A stretch of DNA of 64,000 nt from a virus (lineage: Duplodnaviria > Caudoviricetes): IMG/VR virus record IMGVR_UViG_3300007735_000777, positions 1,912-65,911 of that record; one strand, written 5' to 3'. The number at the start of each line of letters is the position of its first letter. The stretch's first letter is position 1. The position numbers and the translations under genes were made by a program. Below the pieces are notes generated by a model that was not told where the DNA came from, did no database searches, and worked only from the letters and a program-made list of their open reading frames with translations. Positions 35,642-44,451 of the stretch are shown here, in pieces.

Positions 35642-36511
35642 TTATTCCTCCTCTACCAACACGAACGTCTCATCATTCACCCTGCACCCTGTGCCTGATA
35701 CAAATTGCTCGGCTTGTACAAGTTTGAGCATACCTAGTTTGCCACGCATCCACTCGGGGAGCGTATTATCATCAAACAAGTCCACCTTGTCACCTATCTT
35801 GACTAGGTAACTACCCCCATCTTTGATAACCAGTGCGGTCTTACCCGCCTCGAACGCAGTCTTAGCTTTCTCAATGGTCATCATCTCATCGGTCAGGCGT
35901 TCCCTCTCCTGCATAGCGTTCTTAACTTTATTGCGCTCATTCTCTGCACATGTTTCAATATGCTCAAGGAACAAATGAAAGCCAGTTCCCATGATGAAAT
36001 CCTGCGCGGCAACTTTGACAGTGCTATCAACGGCGTAGTGATCGCGCTCCTTCAGCCGCTTCTGCTTGTTAATAACTGAACCCGCATTCTCAATAGCCTT
36101 CTCGATACGCTCGTTGGGCTTGAGTTTGAAGAACATCTTCTTCGCCATGAGCACGGCTTTGCTCGCATCTTCCGTGCGATACCCCCTTGCGCGTTCCCGC
36201 GTCTTGGCAATCCGAGCATTGGAAATACAGATTACTTCCCTGTTGCCCAGCCGTTCTTTGTCAATCGTGCCTATCTGTTCCCCATGCTCAAGTACGCTGA
36301 ATGATATAAGCGCTAGTCTGTCGCTACCACCCCACACCCATTCAGTGGCAACGAATCTCCACAGTGGGTTCAAAGTGGCCAGCCGTTGAATGACTGGGTC
36401 TAGTAGCCTATGTACATACGTACTGGAAATGTCGCCCGTGGATTTGCGCCGCTCCAACTCGGTTTGCAACTTCGCGCTGATCTCTACGTTGCTCAGTTCT
36501 AATGTGTTCAT
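35642..36511 (-). CDS. Hypothetical early protein
   Basis: 289-aa ORF with AGGAG SD. Confidence 0.8.
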   Translation of the reverse strand: MNTLELSNVEISAKLQTELERRKSTGDISSTYVHRLLDPVIQRLATLNPLWRFVATEWVWGGSDRLALISFSVLEHGEQIGTIDKERLGNREVICISNARIAKTRERARGYRTEDASKAVLMAKKMFFKLKPNERIEKAIENAGSVINKQKRLKERDHYAVDSTVKVAAQDFIMGTGFHLFLEHIETCAENERNKVKNAMQERERLTDEMMTIEKAKTAFEAGKTALVIKDGGSYLVKIGDKVDLFDDNTLPEWMRGKLGMLKLVQAEQFVSGTGCRVNDETFVLVEEE

Positions 36512-36533
36512 GTTCTTCTCCTAACAAATGTTA

Positions 36534-37385
36534 TTACCACTCGAAACGCTTGAGGATGTCGTCCACCTTGGACTTCAACTCGCTACGTGAATCTGCATGT
36601 TCCTTGATGTCCTCAATGTCAGCAGTCACCATCGCCAACTCCAACTGTCTACGTGCTTCTTCCAGCTTGGGGTCGTTGGTCACGTTCAGCTTGGTCAGCA
36701 AAGAACAAAGTTCGAGAGGATTGGATACCAACGTATCGTGGTAACGCTTCTTGCCGTCACCATCCTTGTCGGTCAGCTTCTCAGAGATACCAACCAACAT
36801 CTCGTGCAGTCTGTCCCACGGCTCACGCATGGCCTCGGCCAGCTTGCGATCTTGCTGTGCCATGAACTCGCTACGCATCTCCTCCAAGTCGTACGCAGGA
36901 ATGTCTAAGCGGAAGTCGCCCGCTTCGGGCACGGGCTTGACCGTGCGCTTGAACCCGAACTTCAACCTAACATCTGTTATGTCGGGGTAGTCCTCGGCCT
37001 TGTACATAGTGCCTAAGTTAATAGGTGCTTCTGCAACCAGACGCGGGTACTCGATGAAGAAGTTGTCGCACATCATGTTGAATGTCTGCTCAAACCCATT
37101 CATGGTCTGCTTGTAGTCCATGAACAACGCAGTCGGTAACATACGCTCGCCCTTGTCAGCCCACGGCAGTGTGTGCTTGTTGTGATACAGACGAACCCTT
37201 GCGGCGAAGTCTGATATGTCTTTGCGTAGCGAAGTACCTGCAAACAGATTCTTCTTGGTCTGACTCGCACCACGAACCGCAGACGCATCGCTGTTCACCT
37301 TGTCGGTGATCTCCCTGTCCAACTTGGACGCAGGCCATACGCTGATATTCAATTCCACTAACAATGCTGATGAACTAATACTCAT
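36534..37385 (-). CDS. DUF3150-like protein
   Basis: LLVELNISVW..KLD, TLPW...G.R.LP, LNVTNDPKL; adjacent to the AAA/VWA pair. Confidence 0.6.
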   Translation of the reverse strand: MSISSSALLVELNISVWPASKLDREITDKVNSDASAVRGASQTKKNLFAGTSLRKDISDFAARVRLYHNKHTLPWADKGERMLPTALFMDYKQTMNGFEQTFNMMCDNFFIEYPRLVAEAPINLGTMYKAEDYPDITDVRLKFGFKRTVKPVPEAGDFRLDIPAYDLEEMRSEFMAQQDRKLAEAMREPWDRLHEMLVGISEKLTDKDGDGKKRYHDTLVSNPLELCSLLTKLNVTNDPKLEEARRQLELAMVTADIEDIKEHADSRSELKSKVDDILKRFEW

Positions 37386-37394
37386 GATTTCCCC

Positions 37395-37556
37395 TTAGTT
37401 AAAAATTTCTTCGACTGACTCAACACGCCAACTACCATCTGCCTTCGATGATTCAACAGACCTTGCCGCAATCACTTCCGCCTCATCTTCGTTCTCGGCT
37501 TCCACTGTTATAGTTATGTACGACGTGTACTCCAACTCCACTTCATAGGTTTTCAT
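37395..37556 (-). CDS. Small acidic protein (MKTYEV..VEAENEDEA)
   Basis: 53-aa ORF coupled to the upstream gene. Confidence 0.6.
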   Translation of the reverse strand: MKTYEVELEYTSYITITVEAENEDEAEVIAARSVESSKADGSWRVESVEEIFN

Positions 37557-37708
37557 TGTCCTTCTCCCAAAAGTCTTAAATATGTTTCCGCTAACGCCTT
37601 GGTGTTGACCTTAATCAACACTGTGTTGGTATGGGTGTCGATTACTCTCCACTTACCATACCTCCACTTGATTTTGTACCGGTCTATGTACACCCACTGC
37701 CCTAACAT
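37553..37708 (-). CDS. Small early protein (MLGQW...)
   Basis: ATG inside the 12-bp box; ATGA coupling at its end. Confidence 0.5.
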   Translation of the reverse strand: MLGQWVYIDRYKIKWRYGKWRVIDTHTNTVLIKVNTKALAETYLRLLGEGQ

Positions 37709-37717
37709 TTGTTATGT

Positions 37718-38935
37718 TCAGTCTTTGATGTGGATGGTCTTGCCATTGCCAGCCTCACCATCGAAGTAGTCACCGACAATGCACCACAGCGTAGGTGCAG
37801 TCCATTCACTGCCCCAGTCATCGCCCACGCAACCATCGGTCAGGATGATGACGCACTCGGGCTTGATGTTCTTCTCCTTGAGATACTCTGATACACAGCT
37901 TGGGCTTGTGCCACCGCCACCCTTGGGGCGTGTTGAGTTGATGATGTTGGCGGCTTCACCGTCACCATAAGTCTCGTGCCCCACCACACTGCTACCCCAA
38001 TACAGCAAGTCCACACACGCAGGGTTTACTTCTTCTGCGATACCCTTAACCTCGGACAAGAACTCGGCAAGCTCGCCATCACCCACCGAACCCGATGTGT
38101 CCACCGCGATAACCAAGTGGCCTACCTTCTCACCAATCAGCGTCGGCATGTACATGCCTGTGGATAAGAACCTACGGTTAACCCTGCGCCATGACGATGC
38201 GTCCTTGGAATTGCAGATTGATTTGACAAAGTCACGCAGGACTTCGCGCCAGTTGACCTTCGGCTCCATCAGGTCGGCAAGCTCACGGTCTGACCCATCT
38301 GCTCCAGTACCAGCAAGTTTCTGTCGTGCCATCATGCCTTGGCGTATCGCTTGGTCGATCTCGCGCTCAAGCTCACGCTTCTCTTCCTCGGTCATGTTCT
38401 TGGCATCTTCCCAATCGTGGTCGTCAAAGTCACCATCGCCATCACCTTCGCCGTTGCCACCACCGCCATCCTTCTGCTCCTGCTTGAGAATGTCGAACAC
38501 TTGCTTGGTATTCAGGCCACGGAATCGCTCGTCAATGAAGCCCATCGCCTGACCTGCCATCTTGTGCCCCTTGGGGTAGCGCGGCATCGCAATGAACTTC
38601 TCATCGGGGTCGAGGTCTCTGAGCATCAGGTTAATAACGTAGTCACAAGCACGGTTAGCCAGCTTGTGGTTCTCGTCATGCAACTTCCTCCATGTGGTCA
38701 GGTGTCGGTACATCTTGTGCGATGCTTCGTGCGCAATCAAGAACCCAAGCTCTGGGTCACGCAAATCTGCTACGAACTTGCGCCCATACTTCTCGTCACG
38801 CCCATTGGTACTTGCGGTCGGGATGTTATCCACTACGCTCGTACGTCCAACCATCAACACGCCAGACAGCAATGCGAACTTGGGGTTACGCATCAACATG
38901 ATCTTGGCCTTCTGAACTTTTCTTTCTTCTAACAT
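37718..38935 (-). CDS. Metallopeptidase-like plus VWA domain protein (DUF2201-like)
   Basis: TASTNG, HEASH zincin motif, MIDAS DTSGS, GGGT, ILTDG. Confidence 0.9.
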   Translation of the reverse strand: MLEERKVQKAKIMLMRNPKFALLSGVLMVGRTSVVDNIPTASTNGRDEKYGRKFVADLRDPELGFLIAHEASHKMYRHLTTWRKLHDENHKLANRACDYVINLMLRDLDPDEKFIAMPRYPKGHKMAGQAMGFIDERFRGLNTKQVFDILKQEQKDGGGGNGEGDGDGDFDDHDWEDAKNMTEEEKRELEREIDQAIRQGMMARQKLAGTGADGSDRELADLMEPKVNWREVLRDFVKSICNSKDASSWRRVNRRFLSTGMYMPTLIGEKVGHLVIAVDTSGSVGDGELAEFLSEVKGIAEEVNPACVDLLYWGSSVVGHETYGDGEAANIINSTRPKGGGGTSPSCVSEYLKEKNIKPECVIILTDGCVGDDWGSEWTAPTLWCIVGDYFDGEAGNGKTIHIKD

Positions 38936-38938
38936 TTG

Positions 38939-39184
38939 TTAGCTCCCTTCGTTTAACATATCTGCAATCTTCTGACACACATTGTGTTCCTTGTGTTGGA
39001 ACACGGTCGGCCATCCACTGATGTCTCTGTCTCTCACACAGTGCCCCAATACATCAATGATGTGGTTGTTGGAATCAAACTTAGTTACCCACTGCACAAA
39101 GTACCGCGCTCTCAACTGCTCACGCAGTCTCTTGTTCGTGGGGTGGTCAACGCTTGTTGTGCTCACGCTGTGCCTCCTCCTCAA
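38939..39184 (-). CDS. Small early protein (start uncertain)
   Basis: Stop lies in a 12-bp box. Confidence 0.55.
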   Translation of the reverse strand: MRRRHSVSTTSVDHPTNKRLREQLRARYFVQWVTKFDSNNHIIDVLGHCVRDRDISGWPTVFQHKEHNVCQKIADMLNEGS

Positions 39185-39449
39185 TGTTTATCAGCATGAA
39201 CATCGCTGACTCCATCTGCTCCAAGTCCTTGGTCTCAAGGACTACGGTTTGTTTCTTCTCCCATGTGTTCGGGTCTTGCCGCCACTTCACTAGGGTGAAC
39301 TCAAACTCTGCCATGTACAGCAACTCAAACATGCGTTTCTTGATGAGAAGTTGGTAGGCAGAGTCGAGTCTTTTCAACTTCTTCCCCAACCATTCCAACT
39401 TCTCAAGCCTCAACGGCAGTTCGCGTTTGTTTTCAATGTGTACGTACAT
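39147..39449 (-). CDS. Small early protein (MYVHIE...)
   Basis: ATG at the edge of the 12-bp box. Confidence 0.6.
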   Translation of the reverse strand: MYVHIENKRELPLRLEKLEWLGKKLKRLDSAYQLLIKKRMFELLYMAEFEFTLVKWRQDPNTWEKKQTVVLETKDLEQMESAMFMLINIEEEAQREHNKR

Positions 39450-39457
39450 AACATTTG

Positions 39458-40546
39458 TTAGAGCAGGTCTTGGTTCTTGGCTACCCAATTACTGAACGCC
39501 TTGGAACTGAACGCAATCGCTTGCTTGTCCTTGGCCTTGGCGATGTTGATAGCGAACACGGCTTGCCACTCGGCATCGAATCGCTCAAGGTATTCCATGA
39601 ACGGTGTAATCGTGTCCTTGGTGATACGTGAGATAGCGCCAAACACCACAATCGCACACGCGCCCGGACTTGTCGGTATCTTCGTAGTCTTAGGATGCTC
39701 GATGGTTGACTCCCATGTCGGCAGTTGATCTGCAAACTCGATGTACGCCTGCATGTCCCGCGCACCTGATTCACCCAACGCACCAGCCAACGCCGCAATC
39801 ACCGCATCGGGGTCGTTCTCTCTACGTGTTCGGACAATGTTGCTTGCAGTTGCCAGAGAACGTGGAGATACGAACGCACGCTGTGGTTTCTTGGGGTTGA
39901 AGATGTACGGGTTGTCGCCATGCCCATCGGTGTAGCTCGCCAGTACGTGAGGGAATCGGCTCACCCATGCACAGACTTCAGGCTCAATACCGTTAGGGAT
40001 AGCCCATTCCAACCATTGTTCTGCGGTCGGCTTGGCAATGGTTATGGGTACTAAGCGATTGGCACTGTGTTGTTTCAGCGAGTCTCCGACACCGTCAGTG
40101 GTCAAGTTGCCAGTCAGGAACACAATGGTGTTCTTGTCCAGTGAAATGTCACCGAGTCGCGGGTTGGCCTTCTCGAACATGGGGTGAAGCATATTCTTCA
40201 CAGGGTCTGCGCCCTTGGTGTACTCGTCAAGCATGATGACCACGGGCTTGTGCTCATGCACCTTGAACCGAGCGTTGGGGTAGTAGCGTGTGGTCTTGGT
40301 CTCGTGGTCGATCACAGGCATTGCAATGTCGCCCAAATCCATATTGGGTACGTCAATATACGCATGGTCGTAGCCCAGACCACCTGCCACCTGCTCAAGT
40401 AGGGAGGACTTGCCGATGCCCGGCTCGCCTTGCAACAAGAAGATGGTCTCGGGGTTGGTACGGATAAGCGTTGCCGCTTGCTTCAAAGTCACTGACTTAC
40501 CAAATTTAACTTCTGACATTTCTGATACTCCTGATGTGCCTAACAT
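39458..40546 (-). CDS. MoxR-like AAA+ ATPase (start 40546 or 40519)
   Basis: GEPGIGKS, MLDE, LTGN, NRL, SPRS. Confidence 0.9.
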   Translation of the reverse strand: MLGTSGVSEMSEVKFGKSVTLKQAATLIRTNPETIFLLQGEPGIGKSSLLEQVAGGLGYDHAYIDVPNMDLGDIAMPVIDHETKTTRYYPNARFKVHEHKPVVIMLDEYTKGADPVKNMLHPMFEKANPRLGDISLDKNTIVFLTGNLTTDGVGDSLKQHSANRLVPITIAKPTAEQWLEWAIPNGIEPEVCAWVSRFPHVLASYTDGHGDNPYIFNPKKPQRAFVSPRSLATASNIVRTRRENDPDAVIAALAGALGESGARDMQAYIEFADQLPTWESTIEHPKTTKIPTSPGACAIVVFGAISRITKDTITPFMEYLERFDAEWQAVFAINIAKAKDKQAIAFSSKAFSNWVAKNQDLL

Positions 40547-40592
40547 TTGTTATGTTTCGGCGGTTGAAAAAACTTTCCCACTCGCAACCTAT

Positions 40593-40621
40593 ATTATAAC
40601 ACAAAGTTACATATAAGTCAA
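40593..40621 (-). promoter_or_regulatory. Strong sigma70 early promoter
   Basis: TTGACT-17 nt-TATAAT. Confidence 0.85.
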
Positions 40622-40626
40622 GTTGT

Positions 40627-40812
40627 TTACCCAATGTTCCGCTTGAACTCCTCAAACTCGGCAACCACCTTGTCACGCACACTCTTGTTCTCAATCAGTA
40701 CACGAGCGAAGAAATTGGCACCCTCGGCTTGTGCCTTGTACTTAAGTGCGTACCCCGTAGCGAGTACGGCCCAGCAGAACAACACAATCTCCATCAACGA
40801 AAACTCAATCAT
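40627..40812 (-). CDS. Small membrane protein (MIEFSL...)
   Basis: AAGGAG SD; N-terminal TM. Confidence 0.6.
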   Translation of the reverse strand: MIEFSLMEIVLFCWAVLATGYALKYKAQAEGANFFARVLIENKSVRDKVVAEFEEFKRNIG

Positions 40813-40837
40813 TTCTTTCTCCTTTGTATAACATTTG

Positions 40838-41809
40838 TTATTCCCAACTCTGCATCCAGTGCTCATAGATGCCGCTCGACACCTTGCCCATCGGCAACTC
40901 GTAGCGCACCAGCACCTGATCTGCGTACAGCATAAACAATACATCATCAAGCAGTGGCACGATATGCTTGGACTGCGCATAGACCTGATCGGTGCGAATG
41001 TCCATCTCATCGGTCTCCAACTTGGCGATCAACACCAACGCCGCCTTGTAGAAGTTCGTATGCTTGTCCTCCTCGGGTTGGTCGGGGCGAATCAAATACT
41101 CGAACGCCTTGACTGATGCCTCGTACTGGTCAGGTCTGACTGCGCTGTAATTCATGCTCTGTTTGCCGCGCTTGTCCATGTACTTGTACTCACGTATGGA
41201 TGCTAGACTACCTTGTCCGAACGCTGACTTCAATTCCTCTCTCGGTATGACAACGTAGTTCTTCTCAGGTTGCCAACGATTTGGTTTTGCCGCTTCGGTG
41301 CGTAGGTTCACGAACCCTTTCAAGTACTTGTAGAACTCACCGTACCTAGACCTAACATTTGTTATTTCTTTGCGGTTGAGCTTCCATCCCCATTGCGTCT
41401 TGGCATTCAGGACATGCCAGTTCCCCTCCTCCATACGCAGACGCAACTTGTCCTTGTCGGCAAGCGTGTACTTGCCGCCGCCGATTGTCAGCACAGTCGT
41501 GCGCCGTGCACCGTGCGCACTGATACCCAACACTTGCCCGATGAACTGATGCGTGGATACGGAGTTGTACCCATCAATGAATACCACCACGTCCCCATCT
41601 GGCTCGAACGTAACGACCGGAGTCTTATATAACACCAACTCAATCGCATCCCCATTCTTGCGTATGTGGTACGTGTCTGCATCCCGTCGGTCACCCAACG
41701 GCCTGACTTCAGGCACACGCCCACGTATGGGCTTGCTGTTGTTGAATATGCTCAGTGCCTCTTGGTAGTACAGCACTCGCGGTACTCGTCTAACTGTTGC
41801 ATGTCCCAT
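40838..41809 (-). CDS. Hypothetical early protein
   Basis: 323-aa ORF (KPIRG...RPLG.RR..LYKTPVV); contains an internal 12-bp box. Confidence 0.8.
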   Translation of the reverse strand: MGHATVRRVPRVLYYQEALSIFNNSKPIRGRVPEVRPLGDRRDADTYHIRKNGDAIELVLYKTPVVTFEPDGDVVVFIDGYNSVSTHQFIGQVLGISAHGARRTTVLTIGGGKYTLADKDKLRLRMEEGNWHVLNAKTQWGWKLNRKEITNVRSRYGEFYKYLKGFVNLRTEAAKPNRWQPEKNYVVIPREELKSAFGQGSLASIREYKYMDKRGKQSMNYSAVRPDQYEASVKAFEYLIRPDQPEEDKHTNFYKAALVLIAKLETDEMDIRTDQVYAQSKHIVPLLDDVLFMLYADQVLVRYELPMGKVSSGIYEHWMQSWE

Positions 41810-41810
41810 C

Positions 41811-42041
41811 TCACACCACCTTATTCAGTTTCTCTAACACATACTCACGCATCAGTGCGTAAGCCTCGTCCTTGCGACCCTCTCGGTCGTGTCGCCATAT
41901 CTTGGTCAACGTCTCAGCATCGTCAAAGCTCACGCCTTGCGTACCTCGTTCTTTCAACTCCTCCACCAAGTCCTCGGTGTCAAAGTCGCTCAAGTCCACG
42001 TCTACATCTACTTCAGTCGTTATTGTTTTGTATCCCATCAC
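41811..42041 (-). CDS. Small acidic protein (VDLSDFDTEDLVEELKERG)
   Basis: GGAGG SD; coupled. Confidence 0.7.
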   Translation of the reverse strand: MMGYKTITTEVDVDVDLSDFDTEDLVEELKERGTQGVSFDDAETLTKIWRHDREGRKDEAYALMREYVLEKLNKVV

Positions 42042-42199
42042 ACACCTCCAATCGTTTTGTATGCCTTGATCTTTTTCAGCGATGGATGGGAAGTCTTGAA
42101 CCTCTCCTTCGCCAGCTTCATGTTCTTGGCTACGATACTCTCGGCAACCCAGTTGCTGAATCTATCGCACCATCCTGTTACGTAGTATCTACCTAACAT
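42038..42199 (-). CDS. Small basic protein (MLGRYY...)
   Basis: 53 aa; ATG inside the 12-bp box. Confidence 0.55.
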   Translation of the reverse strand: MLGRYYVTGWCDRFSNWVAESIVAKNMKLAKERFKTSHPSLKKIKAYKTIGGV

Positions 42200-42312
42200 T
42201 TGTTAGCCCCCCTTTGCTTGAGAATCCGCATCCAATCAATGCGGGACAAAAACCATCTGAACAATGGTGTCGAACAGTCTTGGCAGAGCACCCGCAAGTT
42301 GTCCCCGTTCAT
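42193..42312 (-). CDS. 39-aa protein (MNGDNLRVLCQDC...)
   Basis: ATGA-coupled; TAG stop in the right arm of the box. Confidence 0.45.
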   Translation of the reverse strand: MNGDNLRVLCQDCSTPLFRWFLSRIDWMRILKQRGANKC

Positions 42313-42497
42313 AACCTCACCTCTCTTTGTTTCACCTTCACCTCATACCCAAGCATCTGTATGCGCTTGATGTCTGGTGGTAGCAGTGTCTTAGTACCTG
42401 CAATGTCTGCGAATATCTGTGCCTTGTCACACACTGGATACACCTTGGGCTGTCCGTACACGTCTTTGATTTCAATGGTTATTGTTTGCTCTAACAT
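42309..42497 (-). CDS. Small conserved phage protein (DVYG..KVYPVC..A..FA.IAGTKTL)
   Basis: ATG inside the 12-bp box. Confidence 0.7.
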   Translation of the reverse strand: MLEQTITIEIKDVYGQPKVYPVCDKAQIFADIAGTKTLLPPDIKRIQMLGYEVKVKQREVRL

Positions 42498-42500
42498 TTG

Positions 42501-42698
42501 TTATTCCTTTACTTCAATGTCTTTGTTTACTAACTTCTGAAACCTTTCGAGAACCTCTCGGTCGTCATGGTCGAGCACGAACTCAAGCACGAACCCATGC
42601 CCAAGGTTGTCGTTAGCCTCCATGAATGAGTATGTGTCGCGGTCGTACAGATACAGCGAACCCGAATCTATACCCCGCAACAATACGAACTTCTTCAT
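42501..42698 (-). CDS. Small early protein
   Basis: GGAGG SD; stop in box. Confidence 0.6.
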   Translation of the reverse strand: MKKFVLLRGIDSGSLYLYDRDTYSFMEANDNLGHGFVLEFVLDHDDREVLERFQKLVNKDIEVKE

Positions 42699-42901
42699 TC
42701 CTCCATCTCAAAGTAGTCGTAGTCACGCTCAGCACCGGCATGGCGCTCCACATCCAACAAGTCCATCGCCTCGGTTATCAGGCAGTGGGTATCCTCCAAG
42801 TACGATGCTTGGTACTCGGCAGGGTTCTTCAGATAGTTGCGTAGGTCTAACTCCACTGCAACCAACAGCTTCATGGCTTTCTCGTAGTCGTGCTCAGTCA
42901 T
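42695..42901 (-). CDS. Small acidic early protein (MTEHDY...)
   Basis: AAGGAG SD; coupled. Confidence 0.6.
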   Translation of the reverse strand: MTEHDYEKAMKLLVAVELDLRNYLKNPAEYQASYLEDTHCLITEAMDLLDVERHAGAERDYDYFEMEE

Positions 42902-43058
42902 GGCTCTCTCCTTTGATGTAGTTCTTGAGCGTTTGGATGTAGAAGAATATGTGGTCGTCAGGGTTGCCGCCCATCTCCACAAACACTTTGCAGTCATCCT
43001 CCTCTTCGGCAAGGTAATCAATTACTGTCTTTAATGCGGTCAATTCTTGGTTAGTCAT
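42894..43058 (-). CDS. Small early protein (MTNQEL...)
   Basis: AAGGAG SD; coupled. Confidence 0.55.
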   Translation of the reverse strand: MTNQELTALKTVIDYLAEEEDDCKVFVEMGGNPDDHIFFYIQTLKNYIKGESHD

Positions 43059-43227
43059 CGTTGTTCTCCTTGATTTCAACCATGCGCAACACACCCTCTG
43101 GTGCAGTTGCAACCACCTTGTCGTATTGCTCCCATGCCTGACAAGCAGGGCACTCGGCATCGTGCTTGGGGCAACGCTCGCCCCAATAGAACACCATCGC
43201 TTCATGTATTGCGTTACCCTCAGTCAT
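43051..43227 (-). CDS. Small Cys-containing early protein
   Basis: YWGERC....ECPACQAW; GAGGAG SD. Confidence 0.6.
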   Translation of the reverse strand: MTEGNAIHEAMVFYWGERCPKHDAECPACQAWEQYDKVVATAPEGVLRMVEIKENNDD

Positions 43228-43384
43228 CTTCGCTCTCCTCAACTTCAATGAACTCATTGCACTCAGCCATGTCTTTCACATCGACCTCGCTCATGTACCC
43301 AAGGCAAGCCTTGGCGATGGACTCCCACGACACCACGCCTTCCTCGGCGAGTTCGTACAGTTTGTTTGTCGCTTCTCTGCTCAT
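43220..43384 (-). CDS. Small acidic early protein (MSREATNKL...)
   Basis: 54 aa; AAGGAG SD; ATGA coupling. Confidence 0.6.
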   Translation of the reverse strand: MSREATNKLYELAEEGVVSWESIAKACLGYMSEVDVKDMAECNEFIEVEESEDD

Positions 43385-43611
43385 GTTCTCAACTCCTTTT
43401 GGTTAGTTTGCTTCAAGGTTGTGGGTGCTTGAGTAGGTGTTACCAACTGATACGGCCCTTTGCCGTACTCTTGCACGATGCACCAGCTTGATCGGGCTTC
43501 GGATGCGGCGTGTTCACGGTCACGCTCGCAGAACAAACAGAATGCTTGGTATCTTGAAGCGGGTACATCGTCACCGCAGTCAACGCATATCTTCCAGTCA
43601 AAATCTAACAT
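43381..43611 (-). CDS. Small C4 zinc-finger protein (TraR/DksA-finger-like)
   Basis: CVDCGDDVPASR...CLFC; ATG in box. Confidence 0.65.
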   Translation of the reverse strand: MLDFDWKICVDCGDDVPASRYQAFCLFCERDREHAASEARSSWCIVQEYGKGPYQLVTPTQAPTTLKQTNQKELRT

Positions 43612-43614
43612 TTG

Positions 43615-43845
43615 TTACCCCTCCCGTGATTCTTGGTTGTGGTTAGCATAGTATTGGGTTATCTTGCTCAGTTCTTGAGCAAGCGTGTTGAGCACCACAT
43701 GAAGCGCAGTGGTGACAGCCGCAGGGTTGTTGCTACCCTTGGCGATGTCGTAGGCGTAGGAGATGGACTCCCTGATGGAGTCCTTGGTTGCAAACAGTGG
43801 GTTGTACAAACCCGATGCAAGTTGGGCGATTTCTTTATCTAACAT
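43615..43845 (-). CDS. Small early protein
   Basis: Start and stop both in 12-bp boxes. Confidence 0.7.
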   Translation of the reverse strand: MLDKEIAQLASGLYNPLFATKDSIRESISYAYDIAKGSNNPAAVTTALHVVLNTLAQELSKITQYYANHNQESREG

Positions 43846-43910
43846 TTGTTACCTCTGACCTTTCTGATTTTGGGTTTGGCTGAGAGACGGTTTTCTCCCA
43901 ACCAGCTTAT

Positions 43911-43939
43911 ATTATACCACAAAGTTATGATATAGTCAA
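43911..43939 (-). promoter_or_regulatory. Strong sigma70 early promoter
   Basis: TTGACT-17 nt-TATAAT with TGn. Confidence 0.85.
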
Positions 43940-43967
43940 GTTTATTGACGTGGTGTTGGCGCAGTGT

Positions 43968-44171
43968 TCAGCCATGCAAGCACTCGAAGTATTGACCGAT
44001 GATTGCGGTGTCCTCGAAGTTGTTGGTGTCGGTTTGCAGTTGGTCAGCGTCATGGTCTTGGAACCACAGGGTGTCATCGGTGTTGTTACACCTCACCTCG
44101 TATGCCCAGCCGTTGCCGTAGCTTTTGATGTTGTACTTGCCATCGTGTGTGTCGAACTCGTTTGTCGTCAT
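43968..44171 (-). CDS. Small acidic early protein
   Basis: AGAAAGGT SD; downstream of a consensus promoter. Confidence 0.65.
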   Translation of the reverse strand: MTTNEFDTHDGKYNIKSYGNGWAYEVRCNNTDDTLWFQDHDADQLQTDTNNFEDTAIIGQYFECLHG

Positions 44172-44256
44172 GGTGTACCTTTCTGATTGAACCTAACATT
44201 TGTTATGTTTTCGGGGTTTTGGCAGGGCTGTTTTTGTTTTTTCCCAACCAGCTTAT

Positions 44257-44285
44257 ATTATACCACAAAGTTACATGAATGTCAA
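44257..44285 (-). promoter_or_regulatory. Perfect-consensus sigma70 early promoter
   Basis: TTGACA-17 nt-TATAAT with TGn; 32 bp (44242-44273) identical to 43896-43927. Confidence 0.9.
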
Positions 44286-44451
44286 ATTTTTAGGCGGTGT
44301 GTGGTGTTATAAAAGTTGGTAATGTTATGAGGGGTTTTTGGGTTTGTAACGCAAAAACATAACGCAAAAAAATCAATGGAATCAATAGGTTAGGAAAGAA
44401 AAAATTGAATATGTTATAATGTTATGAGAAAAAAAGTATATATAGCGCCGT

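Noticed and set aside
35075-43851. Stop-codon reassignment or readthrough fusing genes at TAA-CAA-ATG
   Set aside because: Conserved genes are intact in code 11 and many end in TAA; downstream genes often have their own SD. Low-level readthrough cannot be excluded.
35075-44205. Bona fide integron
   Set aside because: No tyrosine recombinase in the window and no attC-length imperfect hairpins; kept only as an analogy.
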